A stretch of DNA of 64,000 nt from an uncultured Alphaproteobacteria bacterium (GCA_963740675.1 CAVUFS010000009.1:43380-107379); one strand, 5' to 3'; positions 50,003 to 60,036 are shown, counted from the stretch's first letter. The notes: generated by a model not told the origin, from the letters alone. Numbers and translations are program-made.

Positions 50003-51202
50003 ATGGCCTATTCAGCGATCGCTATCAGCCCTTCGATCCACGCCTACTTTTTGTCGCAAACCGCCGCGACGTCATCAGACACGGCCGCTAAAGCGCAGTC
50101 GGCGAAAGTGGCGCAAGTCGTTGCCGATTTCATCGCGGCCGCAAAACACAGCATCCACATCGCAATTTACGATTTCCGTCTTAATGGCGACAGCGAGAAG
50201 CTGGTCATCGACGCGCTCGACAAACAGGCGACAGCCGGTCGAAAAGTGCAGATCGCCTATGACCACTCAAAAGACGGCAGGACCGGCGAGTACTTTGCCG
50301 CGCTCGGCAGCGACCCGGCGCCGACCGGCACGCATATCAAAATGGACGCGTTGCATCAGAAAAACCCGAAGATCGAGGTGAAGCCGATCGTTGGCCCCAA
50401 GCTCGTCCAACAGGTCGCCCTCGAGCCGATCGAGACCGGCGGGCATCTGATGCACAGCAAATACATCCTGCGCGATGCCGGCACGCCGCAAGCGGCGTTG
50501 CTGATGGGCTCGGCGAATTTCACCGACGACGCCTGGGCGCTGCAGGAGAACAACATCCTGACCTATACCGGCGCGTCGGCGCTGGCGAAATTCTACGAAG
50601 CGGATTTCGAGGAGCTGTGGAGCAGCGAGAAGATCGCGGGCACCGGCAAGAAAGACACCGGCGATGCGACGATCGGCCTGCCGATCCATGTGATGTTCTC
50701 ACCGGGCAACGGCGCCGCGCTCGAGGAAGAGATCGGTAAGCGCATTGCGACGGCGAAGCACCGGCTGGCGATCGCCTCAATGGTCATTTCGTCGGAGCAT
50801 ATCCTCTCCGCCCTCGCCGCAAAGATTTCGACGGTGCCCGCCTTCAAGGGCATTTACGACAGCGGCGAAATGAACAACGTGCTGGGACTTTGGAAGAAAA
50901 GCAGCTCAAGCAAAAGCGCCAAGGGCACGATGTCGAGCAGCGACAAGGCCGCACTGTTCGAGAAGATCGCCACGCATCTGCACGCGAAGAAATCGGCGAA
51001 ATACACCGATACCGGCCCGCATAATTTTATGCACAACAAGCTGGTGGTGATCGACGATCAGGTGATCACCGGCAGCTTCAACTTCTCGACCAGCGCCACC
51101 CATAACGCCGAGAATGTCGTCTTCATCCAGGGCAAGGAAATCGCCGACCAGTACGAGAAATACGTCGACGGCCTGCTCCAGCAATACAAGGCGATCGGCT
51201 GA
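50003..51202 (+). CDS. Phospholipase D-superfamily protein with two HKD motifs
   Basis: HLMHSKYILRD…GSANFT and FMHNKLVVIDD…GSFNFS. GGAGG SD. No signal peptide or TM helix. Confidence 0.85.
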   Translation: MAYSAIAISPSIHAYFLSQTAATSSDTAAKAQSAKVAQVVADFIAAAKHSIHIAIYDFRLNGDSEKLVIDALDKQATAGRKVQIAYDHSKDGRTGEYFAALGSDPAPTGTHIKMDALHQKNPKIEVKPIVGPKLVQQVALEPIETGGHLMHSKYILRDAGTPQAALLMGSANFTDDAWALQENNILTYTGASALAKFYEADFEELWSSEKIAGTGKKDTGDATIGLPIHVMFSPGNGAALEEEIGKRIATAKHRLAIASMVISSEHILSALAAKISTVPAFKGIYDSGEMNNVLGLWKKSSSSKSAKGTMSSSDKAALFEKIATHLHAKKSAKYTDTGPHNFMHNKLVVIDDQVITGSFNFSTSATHNAENVVFIQGKEIADQYEKYVDGLLQQYKAIG

Positions 51203-51211
51203 ACTGCCGCT

Positions 51212-52516
51212 TCAATAGGGATTGGCGATCGGCAGCTCTTCCGCCGGATAGAGCGTGATCACTTTCGCGCCGTTCGGCGTGCAGACGACTTCTTCTTCGA
51301 TGCGCGCGGCGGAATAGCCGTCGGATGCGGGGCAATAGGTTTCGAGCGCGAAGACCATACCGGCCTTGATCTCCATCGGATCGTCGAAAGAGTTGAGCCG
51401 CGAGATGATCGGACGCTCATGCAAGCCGAGGCCAAGCCCATGGCCAAAGAGCAGGCCGAAGGCTTCCATTTCGCTAGTGAAGCCGATCTCTTCGGCTTTC
51501 GGCCAGCATGCCGCGATCTTGTCGGTCGAGACGCCGGGCTTTACCAGCGCGATCGCCGCATCGATCCATTCGCGCGCCTTCTTATACGCATCTTTTTGCG
51601 AGTCGGTGGCGCGGCCGACATTGAAGGTGCGGTAATAGCAGGTGCGATAACCCATATAGCTTTGGATGATGTCGAAGAAAGCCTGATCGCCCGGGCGAAT
51701 CAGCCGATCGGTGAAATTATGCGGATGTGGGTTGCAGCGCTCGCCCGAGATCGCGTTGATCGCTTCGACATCGTCGGAACCAAGCTCGTAGAGCCGCTTA
51801 TTGGCCAGCGCGACGACCTCGTTCTCGCGGATGCCGGGCTTCAGATTCTCGGCGATGGTCTGGTAGCATCCATCAACCAACCCCGCAGACATATTGAGCA
51901 GCGAGATTTCGTCGGCGCTTTTGAGCTCGCGCGCATCGAGCATGAACTGCTGACCGTCGCGCACGGTGAGGCCAACCGCCTGCAGCTCAAATAGCATCGC
52001 CGGCTCGACGACATCGACACCGACCGGCTGATCGGCGACGCCATGCTCCTGCAGGATCGATTTGATCTCTTCGGCCGCGGAGCGCATCAAGCCGATTTTC
52101 GGATGGATGGCGCCGCGCAGGCCGAGCATGCCGGCATGGCAATTATGCTGCGGCAGCCACGGCGCGAAGAGACGATGGTGCTTCGCCGCCGAACCGAAAT
52201 CCCAGAGATGCGGCTCGCTGTCGCCGGCCAGGAGCGCGTAGCGCGTGAACTTGTCGCGCGCCCAATTGCCGATGACCGTCGAGGTCATGTAGCGGATGTT
52301 GTACTGGTCGAAGACCAGCAGCGAGCCAAGCCCCGATTTCGCTAGCGCCTGGCGCGTGCGGCCGAGGCGATAACGATGCAGGCGGCGAAAATCGATCCGC
52401 TCTTCGAAATCGACCGCGCTGGGGCCGAGCGCCATGATCGGCCGCGTCCAATCGTGGCGCGGATCGATATCGGCATCGTTGATGATTTTCGGCTCGGGCG
52501 GGTTTTTCGTCGCCAT
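51212..52516 (-). CDS. M24-family metalloenzyme, DddP-like subgroup
   Basis: N-domain …LLVFDQYNIRYMT…, C-domain …FGHGLGLGLHERP…ALETY…RIEEEV. GGAGAA SD before the ATG at 52516. Confidence 0.7.
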   Translation of the reverse strand: MATKNPPEPKIINDADIDPRHDWTRPIMALGPSAVDFEERIDFRRLHRYRLGRTRQALAKSGLGSLLVFDQYNIRYMTSTVIGNWARDKFTRYALLAGDSEPHLWDFGSAAKHHRLFAPWLPQHNCHAGMLGLRGAIHPKIGLMRSAAEEIKSILQEHGVADQPVGVDVVEPAMLFELQAVGLTVRDGQQFMLDARELKSADEISLLNMSAGLVDGCYQTIAENLKPGIRENEVVALANKRLYELGSDDVEAINAISGERCNPHPHNFTDRLIRPGDQAFFDIIQSYMGYRTCYYRTFNVGRATDSQKDAYKKAREWIDAAIALVKPGVSTDKIAACWPKAEEIGFTSEMEAFGLLFGHGLGLGLHERPIISRLNSFDDPMEIKAGMVFALETYCPASDGYSAARIEEEVVCTPNGAKVITLYPAEELPIANPY

Positions 52517-52623
52517 TCGGGTTTCTCCCTTGCTGTACAGGACGTTGCATGCCGGGCACGAACCTGTCAACTTGTCGGGTAACGCGTCCGTGAACGACGC
52601 GGCTTTTCGGGGAGTAAACGACG

Positions 52624-53973
52624 ATGGGCATCACCAAGAAATTCCGTCATGCATTATTGGGGGCAGCCGCAATTGCGCTGGCCTTCACGGCCGGCACCGC
52701 GAAGGCCGATCCGATTCCGAAGGGCGGCCAGTCCGAGAACATGAAAGTGATCGGCTTCTCGGGCCTCGATGGCCGCTATGGCGCGTTCAAGATGGCGCTC
52801 AATCACCCGAGCAATGGCCACTGGTACCTCTATATGGGCCATTCCTTCGATCTCGGCTGGAGCATTCTCGACGTCACCGATCCGGCCAATCCGAAGCTCG
52901 CGAAATTCATTCCCTTCGACGGACCGAAGGATTGGATCACCGCGCAGGTGACGGTGAACGACAATCTGATGATCACCTCGCTCGATCGCCGCAAGCCGGC
53001 AGACGGGCCCGACATCATCCTGTGGGATATCAGCGACCCGGTGAATCCGAAGGAGCTCTCGCGCTGGGGCAGCGGCACGACCGGCGCGCATCGCAATTCC
53101 TATCCGGGCGGCAAGTACGCCTATCTCTCGACCTCTTATCCCGGCTTCAAGAACAAGATCCTGGTCATCCTCGATGTCAGCGATCCGGCGCATCCGAAAG
53201 AAGTCGGCAAATGGTGGCAACCCGGCCAGAAAGAGGGCGAGCCGGTCACCGGACCGATCGACGGCTTCCATGGCCCCGCCAATATCAGCCCCGACGGCAA
53301 GACGCTGACGACGGGCTACATGCCCGACGTGATCAATCTCGATATCAGCGATCCGACGCAGCCCAAGCTGATCGGCAAGCTGACCATGACGCCGCCTTTC
53401 GCCAGTGTCGGTAGCCAATCGCTGCACACGACCTTGCCGCTCTGGGATCGCAAGCTGGTCTATGTCAGCTCCGAGGCGATGGATGAGCGCTGCCGCGACA
53501 ACGGCATGAATTTCGCCGGCTTCATCGACAACAGCAATCTGGCGAAGCCCCGCCTCATCTCCATCTTCCCGACGCCGGTGCCGCCGAAAGGCCTGCCGTA
53601 TAAGGATTTCTGTGACAAGGGCGGCCGTTTCGGCCCGCACAACACCAATCAGGAACTGCATAACCCCGCGGTGCAGAAGGTCGGCAATCTGATGTTCGTC
53701 GCTTGGTTCAATGCTGGTATTCGCGTTTTCGACATCAGCGATCCGCGGTTGGTGCGCGAAGTCGGCTACTACATCCCGCCCGAGCGGTCGGGTCTTAAGG
53801 AACAATCGGGCGCGCATGCCTCGCCGGTCAATTGGAGCGAGGAAGTCTCCATCGACACGCGCGGCAACGTGTATCTCAACGACGATAAATGGGGCACCTT
53901 CGTCCTGCGCTTCACCGGCAAGGAGCCGAAAGCCCCGACCTCGATGGCGACGCCAGCGGCCGCGTCGAAGTAA
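52624..53973 (+). CDS. Secreted LVIVD-repeat beta-propeller protein
   Basis: Signal peptide …ALAFTAGTAKA. Repeated hhhhDhSDP..P motifs: SILDVTDPANP, ILWDISDPVNP, LVILDVSDPAHP, INLDISDPTQP, RVFDISDPRL. Confidence 0.75.
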   Translation: MGITKKFRHALLGAAAIALAFTAGTAKADPIPKGGQSENMKVIGFSGLDGRYGAFKMALNHPSNGHWYLYMGHSFDLGWSILDVTDPANPKLAKFIPFDGPKDWITAQVTVNDNLMITSLDRRKPADGPDIILWDISDPVNPKELSRWGSGTTGAHRNSYPGGKYAYLSTSYPGFKNKILVILDVSDPAHPKEVGKWWQPGQKEGEPVTGPIDGFHGPANISPDGKTLTTGYMPDVINLDISDPTQPKLIGKLTMTPPFASVGSQSLHTTLPLWDRKLVYVSSEAMDERCRDNGMNFAGFIDNSNLAKPRLISIFPTPVPPKGLPYKDFCDKGGRFGPHNTNQELHNPAVQKVGNLMFVAWFNAGIRVFDISDPRLVREVGYYIPPERSGLKEQSGAHASPVNWSEEVSIDTRGNVYLNDDKWGTFVLRFTGKEPKAPTSMATPAAASK

Positions 53974-53976
53974 CGT

Positions 53977-54762
53977 CTAGCCCGTGAGCTCATCGCGCCG
54001 GTACCAAGGCAGGTACCGGCGCGTGATCCAATTCACCAGCGCATCGAAGCCGACGCCGAACGCCGCGAGCAGCAGCACCGCGACGAAGGCTTCGTTGTGG
54101 TGGAAGGTGCGCGAATTGTAGAGAATGAAATAGCCAAGCCCGGGAATCGCGGTGAAGAATTCGGCGACGACGGCGCCGATCAGCGCCCTCCCCGCCGCCA
54201 AGCGTAACCCGGCGAGGAAATAGGGCGTCGATGCGGGCAACACGATCTCGAACAGCGCCCGCCACGAGCGCGAGCGGAACGAGCGCGCGACTTCGAGATA
54301 TTCCTGCGGTACCGAGCGCGCGCCGTCCGCGACATTCACGGCGATCGAGAACAGCGCCGCGAAGACGATTGTCGCCAGCCGCGCCGCGCCGGTATAGCCG
54401 AACCACAGCGACACCAGCGGCAATACCACCACCATCGGCAGGGTGTAACAGGCGTTGATGTATTGGCGCAGCGCGCGATCGGCGAGCTTGCTCTGGCCGA
54501 TGACGAGGCCGAGCACCGTGCCGACGACCAGCGCGATCACGAGCCCTTCGGCGACCGCCGCGAGGGTGATGACCCCGCCCAGCAGGAACGTCGGATCGAC
54601 GATGACATGCGGCAATGCCAGCACGATACCGATCGGCGTCGCAACATAGGATGGCGCGAAGGCGCGCACCACGACTTCCCAAAAGACGAGGATCGCGATG
54701 CCGGCATAGAGTCGCGGGCGAAATGCGCTGGTTCGCGCTTGATCGATCGCCGTAACACTCAT
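53977..54762 (-). CDS. ABC transporter permease (NitT/TauT family)
   Basis: Six-helix BPD-type permease with EAA-like loop (…EYLEVARSFRSRSWRALFEIVLPAS.PY…). The track's 522-aa ORF is an artefactual 5' extension. Confidence 0.85.
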   Translation of the reverse strand: MSVTAIDQARTSAFRPRLYAGIAILVFWEVVVRAFAPSYVATPIGIVLALPHVIVDPTFLLGGVITLAAVAEGLVIALVVGTVLGLVIGQSKLADRALRQYINACYTLPMVVVLPLVSLWFGYTGAARLATIVFAALFSIAVNVADGARSVPQEYLEVARSFRSRSWRALFEIVLPASTPYFLAGLRLAAGRALIGAVVAEFFTAIPGLGYFILYNSRTFHHNEAFVAVLLLAAFGVGFDALVNWITRRYLPWYRRDELTG

Positions 54763-55520
54763 CAGACCCGCCAGCGCGCGAAATGCAGCTCGATGGCGCG
54801 GCCGATACGCATCAGGACAAGGCCAAGCGCCATGATCACCAGGATCGCCGCGAGCACGCCGGCGGTATCGAAATTCTGCGAGGCGCTCATGATGAGCTGA
54901 CCGAGGCCGGTCGAGCTCAGGAAGAATTCGGCGGCAATCATACCGACCAGGGCACGGCCGATCGCCTGGCGGACGCCGGTCATCGTGAAAGGCAAGGTGT
55001 AAGGCACCATCACTTCGCGCCACAGCGCCCATTCGCTCGAGCGGAAAGAGCGCGCCACCTCGATCAATTCCGGCTTCAGGCTGCGCGCGCCTTCGACCGT
55101 GTTGTAGAGCACCGGGAACACGGCGAAGAGAAACACCACGAGCACTTTGGGCGCGAAGCCGAATCCCATCAGCGACAGGATGAAGGGAATGAGCGCGACC
55201 AGCGGCGTCGCGTAGGCAATGGTGATGTAGATATCGAGCGCACGGCGCAGCACGGCGACGCGCGCCAGCAACATACCGACCGGCGCGCCGACGATCAGCG
55301 CCAGCACGAAACCGACCGCGAAGATCGCCAGCGAGCTCGCCAGTTGGCTCCAGAGCTCGCCCGATTGCGCGAGATCCCAAAGCCGGTCGAGCGTCTCGGA
55401 TAAGGGAACGAGGAACGCGGCATTGGTGTGGCGGCCGACCACCTCCCAGGCCACCACACCGGCAATAAAGCTGAGAATCGGCGGCGCATAGCGTGCCGCG
55501 ATGTCGCGCCCCCGATTCAT
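54762..55520 (-). CDS. ABC transporter permease (NitT/TauT family)
   Basis: …ELIEVARSFRSSEWALWREVMVPYTLPF… The stop overlaps the next permease start by 1 nt. Confidence 0.85.
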   Translation of the reverse strand: MNRGRDIAARYAPPILSFIAGVVAWEVVGRHTNAAFLVPLSETLDRLWDLAQSGELWSQLASSLAIFAVGFVLALIVGAPVGMLLARVAVLRRALDIYITIAYATPLVALIPFILSLMGFGFAPKVLVVFLFAVFPVLYNTVEGARSLKPELIEVARSFRSSEWALWREVMVPYTLPFTMTGVRQAIGRALVGMIAAEFFLSSTGLGQLIMSASQNFDTAGVLAAILVIMALGLVLMRIGRAIELHFARWRV

Positions 55521-55531
55521 CGATCGACCGC

Positions 55532-56545
55532 TCAGTGGGCGCCAATCATCGCGTTGGCGTCGCGCCAAACGGTGCGATCGACCAGCCGCTCATAGCTCGG
55601 CAGCTTCTTTGCGTCCTTGACGTTGCCGACCGTGATTTGTTGGTCGGCGACAGCCTCGATCTTGGCCTTGTCGAGTCCATCATCCTTGAGCTCCCAGAAG
55701 CCGATGCCGTTGAAGAGCTGCAGCGACTGTTTCGAGATGGCGACATCATGGCCGGTGACGGTACCGATCTGAGCGACCGTATCGGCGTTCTTGGGATCGG
55801 CCATGTAACGCGCCGCATCGACGAGAGCGGCCAGCGTGCGCACGATCGCATCGCGCTTTTCCGCCAGCCGGTCGCGGCGCACTTCGAGCACGTCGTAATG
55901 GCTGATCGGCACCGCCTTGGCGAGAGTCATCACCAGCGTGATTTTCTTGCCCTGGCTTTCGATCACCGGCACGTCGTCGAGATGGAGGACGCCATAGGCG
56001 ATCTGGCCCGCCACCATCGCCGGCGCGGTATTGGAGCCGAGCGGGACTTGCTGGACGTCGTTCATGGTGAGATGGCAGCCCCCGACCAGCATGTCCTTCA
56101 GCGCCAGCGAGCGTGCGCCGCCAGGCGTGTCGACGCCGATCTGCGCCCCTTTCAAATCGCTGCACTGCGCCTTGTCGGCATTTGTGGTGCCGATCGACCA
56201 ATCGGGATTGGGCAGGCCATAAATGCTGACGACATCGGCATTGGCGTTGGCGATCTGGCCGATGGTAAGCGCCGTCGGCACGAGCGCGAGATCGGCGTCG
56301 CCGGCGATCACCGCGCGCGACCCAGCCGCGCCGCTATCGAATTGCCGCAGCTCGACATTCGCGTTGTATTTCTTGAAGAAGCCTTGCTTGTCGGCGACAT
56401 AGGCAAAGACGTTGAGATAGATCGGCGGCACGCCCGGCAGCGCGATCACAATCTTCGGCGCATCGGCGGCCCGCGCCGGCGGCGCGTAAGGCAGAGCAAC
56501 GGCCGCGGTCAGCAGCGCGGCAGCGGCGATTGTGTTGCGAAACAT
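55532..56545 (-). CDS. ABC transporter substrate-binding protein (NMT1/THI5-like)
   Basis: Signal peptide MFRNTIAAAALLTAAVALPYAPPARA, with periplasmic binding-protein layout. Confidence 0.8.
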   Translation of the reverse strand: MFRNTIAAAALLTAAVALPYAPPARAADAPKIVIALPGVPPIYLNVFAYVADKQGFFKKYNANVELRQFDSGAAGSRAVIAGDADLALVPTALTIGQIANANADVVSIYGLPNPDWSIGTTNADKAQCSDLKGAQIGVDTPGGARSLALKDMLVGGCHLTMNDVQQVPLGSNTAPAMVAGQIAYGVLHLDDVPVIESQGKKITLVMTLAKAVPISHYDVLEVRRDRLAEKRDAIVRTLAALVDAARYMADPKNADTVAQIGTVTGHDVAISKQSLQLFNGIGFWELKDDGLDKAKIEAVADQQITVGNVKDAKKLPSYERLVDRTVWRDANAMIGAH

Positions 56546-56581
56546 CGGTGGACCTCCCATTTCGTTTTGTTGATAGCGTTC

Positions 56582-57367
56582 TTAGTGCTCGAGCTCGAAT
56601 TCGGCGCGGCGTGCCTCGTTCATCAGATTGGCCCAGACCTGCTCGCGCAATTCGGCAAAGCGCGGCAGGCTGAGCGTATCGCGGCTGCGCGGCCGCGGCA
56701 GATCGATCGCGATGTCCTGATCGACATGGCTCGGCCGGCCTTTCAGCACGACGACGCGATCGCCCATCAATACGGCTTCTTCGATCGAATGCGTGACGAA
56801 GAGCATCGTCGTCGGCTGCTTTTCCCAGATGCGCAGCAATTCGAACTGGAGGATCTCGCGCGTCTGCGCGTCGACGGCCGCGAAGGGCTCGTCCATGAGC
56901 AAGACATTGGGCTCGATCGCGAGCGCGCGGGCGAGACCGCAACGCTGCTGCATGCCGCCCGAGATTTGATACGGGTAAGCGTGCTCGAAACCGGCGAGCC
57001 CGACCAGCGTGATGAAGCCCGGCACGCGCGCCGCGATCTCGCTCGCGCTAGCCCCGGCCATGCGCAGCCCATAGGCGACGTTGTCATAGACCGTCTTCCA
57101 CGGAAAGAGACCGAAATGCTGGAAGACCATCGCGACGCCGGGCGGCGGCTCGGTCACCCGCTTGTCGTCGATCGTGATCTCGCCCTCGCACGGGAGAAGC
57201 CCGTCGATACAGCGCAGCAACGTGGTTTTGCCGCAACCCGAGGGCCCGACCAAAGCCACGATCTCGCGCGAGCGCAGTTCGAGATCGACATTCGCAAAGA
57301 CGGTCAATTCACCGTAGCGCTTGCTCAAGCCCCGAACGCGGATTGAGCCTTGATCCGCTGATGACAT
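56582..57367 (-). CDS. ABC transporter ATP-binding protein
   Basis: Walker A GPSGCGKTT, signature ISGGMQQR, Walker B LLMDEPF. The track ORF start at 57922 is an extension. Confidence 0.9.
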   Translation of the reverse strand: MSSADQGSIRVRGLSKRYGELTVFANVDLELRSREIVALVGPSGCGKTTLLRCIDGLLPCEGEITIDDKRVTEPPPGVAMVFQHFGLFPWKTVYDNVAYGLRMAGASASEIAARVPGFITLVGLAGFEHAYPYQISGGMQQRCGLARALAIEPNVLLMDEPFAAVDAQTREILQFELLRIWEKQPTTMLFVTHSIEEAVLMGDRVVVLKGRPSHVDQDIAIDLPRPRSRDTLSLPRFAELREQVWANLMNEARRAEFELEH

Positions 57368-57477
57368 TTCCGCCCGTTCCTCAATTATTATTGGCACAGG
57401 TATATTGCGAGAAGCCGCGGCGACACAACTGCATTTCCGGGCGCTCGCGGCGGCCTCTACGGTCGTACCGATGCAGA

Positions 57478-58131
57478 TTATTTGGCGGACGAACGCTCGC
57501 GCGAGCGGTGGACCCAATAATCGGACGAGGATTTGCTCTTGGCCAACGCCTCGGCGGTCTCGAAGCCCGGCGCCATCGAGGCCGCGGTACCGGCCAGGAT
57601 CTGGTGATGCTCGATATTGAGCGTCCGCAGCCAGCGCTGCTGCCCCATGGTGATGGCGACGAAATAGCCGAGCTCGACGATTTGCGCCTCGGTGAAGTGG
57701 CTCTTCAGCCGCGCCCAGAGCGCATCGTCGGCTTCGAGGTCCCAGGTGATTGCCTCGGTATAAGCAAGCGCGGCCTTCTGCCGCTCGTCGTACCGTTTGG
57801 ATTTTTCGAAATCGAGCAGGTCTTTGTAATCGGCTTCGATCAGGCCCTGCTTGGCCGATTTGATTGAGCGCTGATTGCCGCAATATTCGCACTTCACCGA
57901 GCGCGAGACATAGACGCGGCACAGCTCTTTGATCGCGTGATCCATCACGCCGTTGCGGAACACGGCCTCCCAGGTATCGGCGAAAGACCAGAAAGTCGCC
58001 GGCACATGCGCGCGGACGGCCTGGCTTTCGGGCCGCGGCGTGCCCTCGCGGCGGCAGCGATCCAGCTCATCCAACATGCGCTGGTCGGTGATTGTCGCTG
58101 GATCGACGTAGCTGATCCGTTGCTCGGCCAT
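57478..58131 (-). CDS. Carboxymuconolactone decarboxylase (AhpD-like) family protein
   Basis: CMD-type helical protein with a CEYC (CxxC) motif. Confidence 0.7.
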   Translation of the reverse strand: MAEQRISYVDPATITDQRMLDELDRCRREGTPRPESQAVRAHVPATFWSFADTWEAVFRNGVMDHAIKELCRVYVSRSVKCEYCGNQRSIKSAKQGLIEADYKDLLDFEKSKRYDERQKAALAYTEAITWDLEADDALWARLKSHFTEAQIVELGYFVAITMGQQRWLRTLNIEHHQILAGTAASMAPGFETAEALAKSKSSSDYWVHRSRERSSAK

Positions 58132-58235
58132 ATTGCCTCCCCTGCGCTATCGACGGCGCGCTTATCGCGCTACTACCCTGCATTGTGGGGCGATCGCGGC
58201 CGTGAGGCAACGTATTGCGCAGGTCCTCACAGGCA

Positions 58236-58266
58236 AATGAAAACGCCCGGACCAGAGGTCCGGGCG
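58236..58266 (-). terminator. Rho-independent terminator after the sigma-factor gene
   Basis: Minus-strand stem cgcccggac/gtccgggcg followed by TTTTCATTT. Confidence 0.75.
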
Positions 58267-58303
58267 TCAGCATCGACTGGCTTATTGGTTGGCTTGTGCG
58301 CGA

Positions 58304-59905
58304 TCAGCGATCGAGGAAGCCGGCCAAGCGGCGATCCGGGCCACGCTGGCTGAGCTTCTTCAGTGCCTTCGCCTCGATCTGGCGAATACGCTCGCGCGTC
58401 ACCTGATACTTCTTGCCCACCTCTTCGAGCGTGTGCTCGGCCGCCTGGCCCACGCCGAAGCGTAAGCGCAGCACATCGGCCTCACGTGGCGTGAGACGGG
58501 CGAGCGCCTCTTCGGTTGCCTCGCGCAGCTCGGCCGCAGCCGCCGCTTCGAGCGGCACCACCGCCTGCTGATCCTCGAGGAAGTCGCCGATGGTGGCATC
58601 GCCATCTTCGCCCACCGGCTGATCCATGCTGACCGGATCGCGCACGAGTTCGAGCACAGTCCGCAGCTTCGCCACCGGCGTGCCGAGACGCTCGGCGAGC
58701 TCCGGCTCGGTCGGCTCACGGCGCAGCTCACCGGCAAGACGACGTTGCGCCCGCAACACGCGGCGAACCTCGTCGGCCAGATGCGCCGGGATACGGATCA
58801 AATGACCCTGATCGACGAGCGCACGCGAGCACGCCTGCCGAATCCACCAGGTCGCGTAGGTCGAGAATTTGTAGCCACGGCGCCAGTCGAATTTCTCGAC
58901 CGCGCGCATCAAGCCGATATTGCCTTCCTGCACCAGATCCATCAGCGGCAGGCCGCGATTGACGTGGCGGCGCGCGATCCAGGTGACCAACCGCAGATTG
59001 GCGGCAATCATCTGTTCTTTCGCACGCTCCGCATCGCGCGCGCCGCGCTGCAGATCATTCGCGCCCGAGCGGAACTGATCGAGCTTCTGGCCTGCCTGCT
59101 TGGCAATCGCCTCAATGTCCTCCGCCAGCGCGTCCGCCTGCTCGCCGAAACGGGTGACAAAAGCGCGCCACGCCGTCACGCGACGACGCCGCGCAGCCTC
59201 GACCCACAGCTTGGCGCCCTTGGCCTCGCGATAAGTATTGATGAAGTCGGCGCGGGCAATGCCCGATTGATCGGCAAGACGCGCGAGCGTGCCCTCAAGC
59301 TCGAGCAGCTTGCGGCTCATCTCTTTGACTCTGTGCGCGAGCTTATCGATCTCGGCGGGCTGCAGCACGATGTTGCTCAGCGCCTTGGACAGCGCCTGCG
59401 GCCGGCCCTTCCCGGCGTTGATCGCGCGGGTGAAAGCCGCCTTCACATCGGGCATAAGCTCGGCTTCGATCTGCGCGATCACCGAGGACGAACCGCTCTC
59501 ATCGATCGGCGTCTCGACATCGCCGCGCAGACGGCGCCGCGTCGCGGCCAGATCCACCACGTCGCGCAGCAGAACGGTTTCCTTGCCAAGCCCTTCCCGC
59601 CAATCCTTGATCGACCGGCGCAGCAACTCGCTGCGGCACAGCGCGACCAGCATCGCTTCGCGGCCGGCCTCGATCCGTTGGGCAAGCTCGACTTCTTGCT
59701 CGCGCGTCAGCAGCTCTGCGACGGAAATTTCGCGCAGATAATGCTGCATGGCATCACCGGACGTCGCATCGGTCGCGACGTTGCCGGCACGCGGCAGCTC
59801 CTCAACAGGAGTATTGGTTTCCTCCGGAGTTCCCTCCGCCGTCTCAGCCGTTTGAGTTGGCTGTTCCACGGCTTCAGCGCCGGCGAAATTGGCCCGCATG
59901 GTCAT
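58304..59905 (-). CDS. RpoD-like (group 1/2-type) sigma-70 factor, 533 aa
   Basis: Region 1.2 ([26 protein letters not shown]), region 2 ([12 protein letters not shown]…IRIP), region 3, and region 4.2 ([26 protein letters not shown]). No long acidic region 1.1. Confidence 0.85.
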   Translation of the reverse strand: MTMRANFAGAEAVEQPTQTAETAEGTPEETNTPVEELPRAGNVATDATSGDAMQHYLREISVAELLTREQEVELAQRIEAGREAMLVALCRSELLRRSIKDWREGLGKETVLLRDVVDLAATRRRLRGDVETPIDESGSSSVIAQIEAELMPDVKAAFTRAINAGKGRPQALSKALSNIVLQPAEIDKLAHRVKEMSRKLLELEGTLARLADQSGIARADFINTYREAKGAKLWVEAARRRRVTAWRAFVTRFGEQADALAEDIEAIAKQAGQKLDQFRSGANDLQRGARDAERAKEQMIAANLRLVTWIARRHVNRGLPLMDLVQEGNIGLMRAVEKFDWRRGYKFSTYATWWIRQACSRALVDQGHLIRIPAHLADEVRRVLRAQRRLAGELRREPTEPELAERLGTPVAKLRTVLELVRDPVSMDQPVGEDGDATIGDFLEDQQAVVPLEAAAAAELREATEEALARLTPREADVLRLRFGVGQAAEHTLEEVGKKYQVTRERIRQIEAKALKKLSQRGPDRRLAGFLDR

Positions 59906-60020
59906 TTAACTCACAATTAGCGACGTGATGGTGGACCGGCCTGGGGTGGCTGGCCGGGCGCATCTTGGCACAATATTGGGGCCAATCGCACGCGTTTTAA
60001 GTGGTCATGTGACAGGCAAA

Positions 60021-60035
60021 TTAAAGCGCTTTTAA
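60021..60035. promoter_or_regulatory. Perfect TTAA-N7-TTAA (CtrA-box consensus) about 115 nt upstream of the sigma-factor start
   Basis: TTAAagcgcttTTAA read directly. Binding is inferred only. Confidence 0.35.
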
Positions 60036-60036
60036 A

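Noticed and set aside
53977-55545. 522-aa ORF suggesting one giant permease
   Set aside because: Only the C-terminal 261 aa are permease-like. The N-terminal half overlaps the real upstream permease (54762-55520) in another frame. The internal ATG at 54762 abuts that gene's stop.
55493-57346. 617-aa plus-strand ORF spanning the ABC binding-protein and ATPase genes
   Set aside because: It crosses gene boundaries of clearly coding minus-strand genes (Walker motifs, signal peptide) and has shadow-type composition.
58304-59905. Calling this the housekeeping rpoD
   Set aside because: It is too short for an alphaproteobacterial primary sigma factor, lacks region 1.1, has no dnaG context and has divergent region 2. 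It is kept as RpoD-like with no gene symbol.
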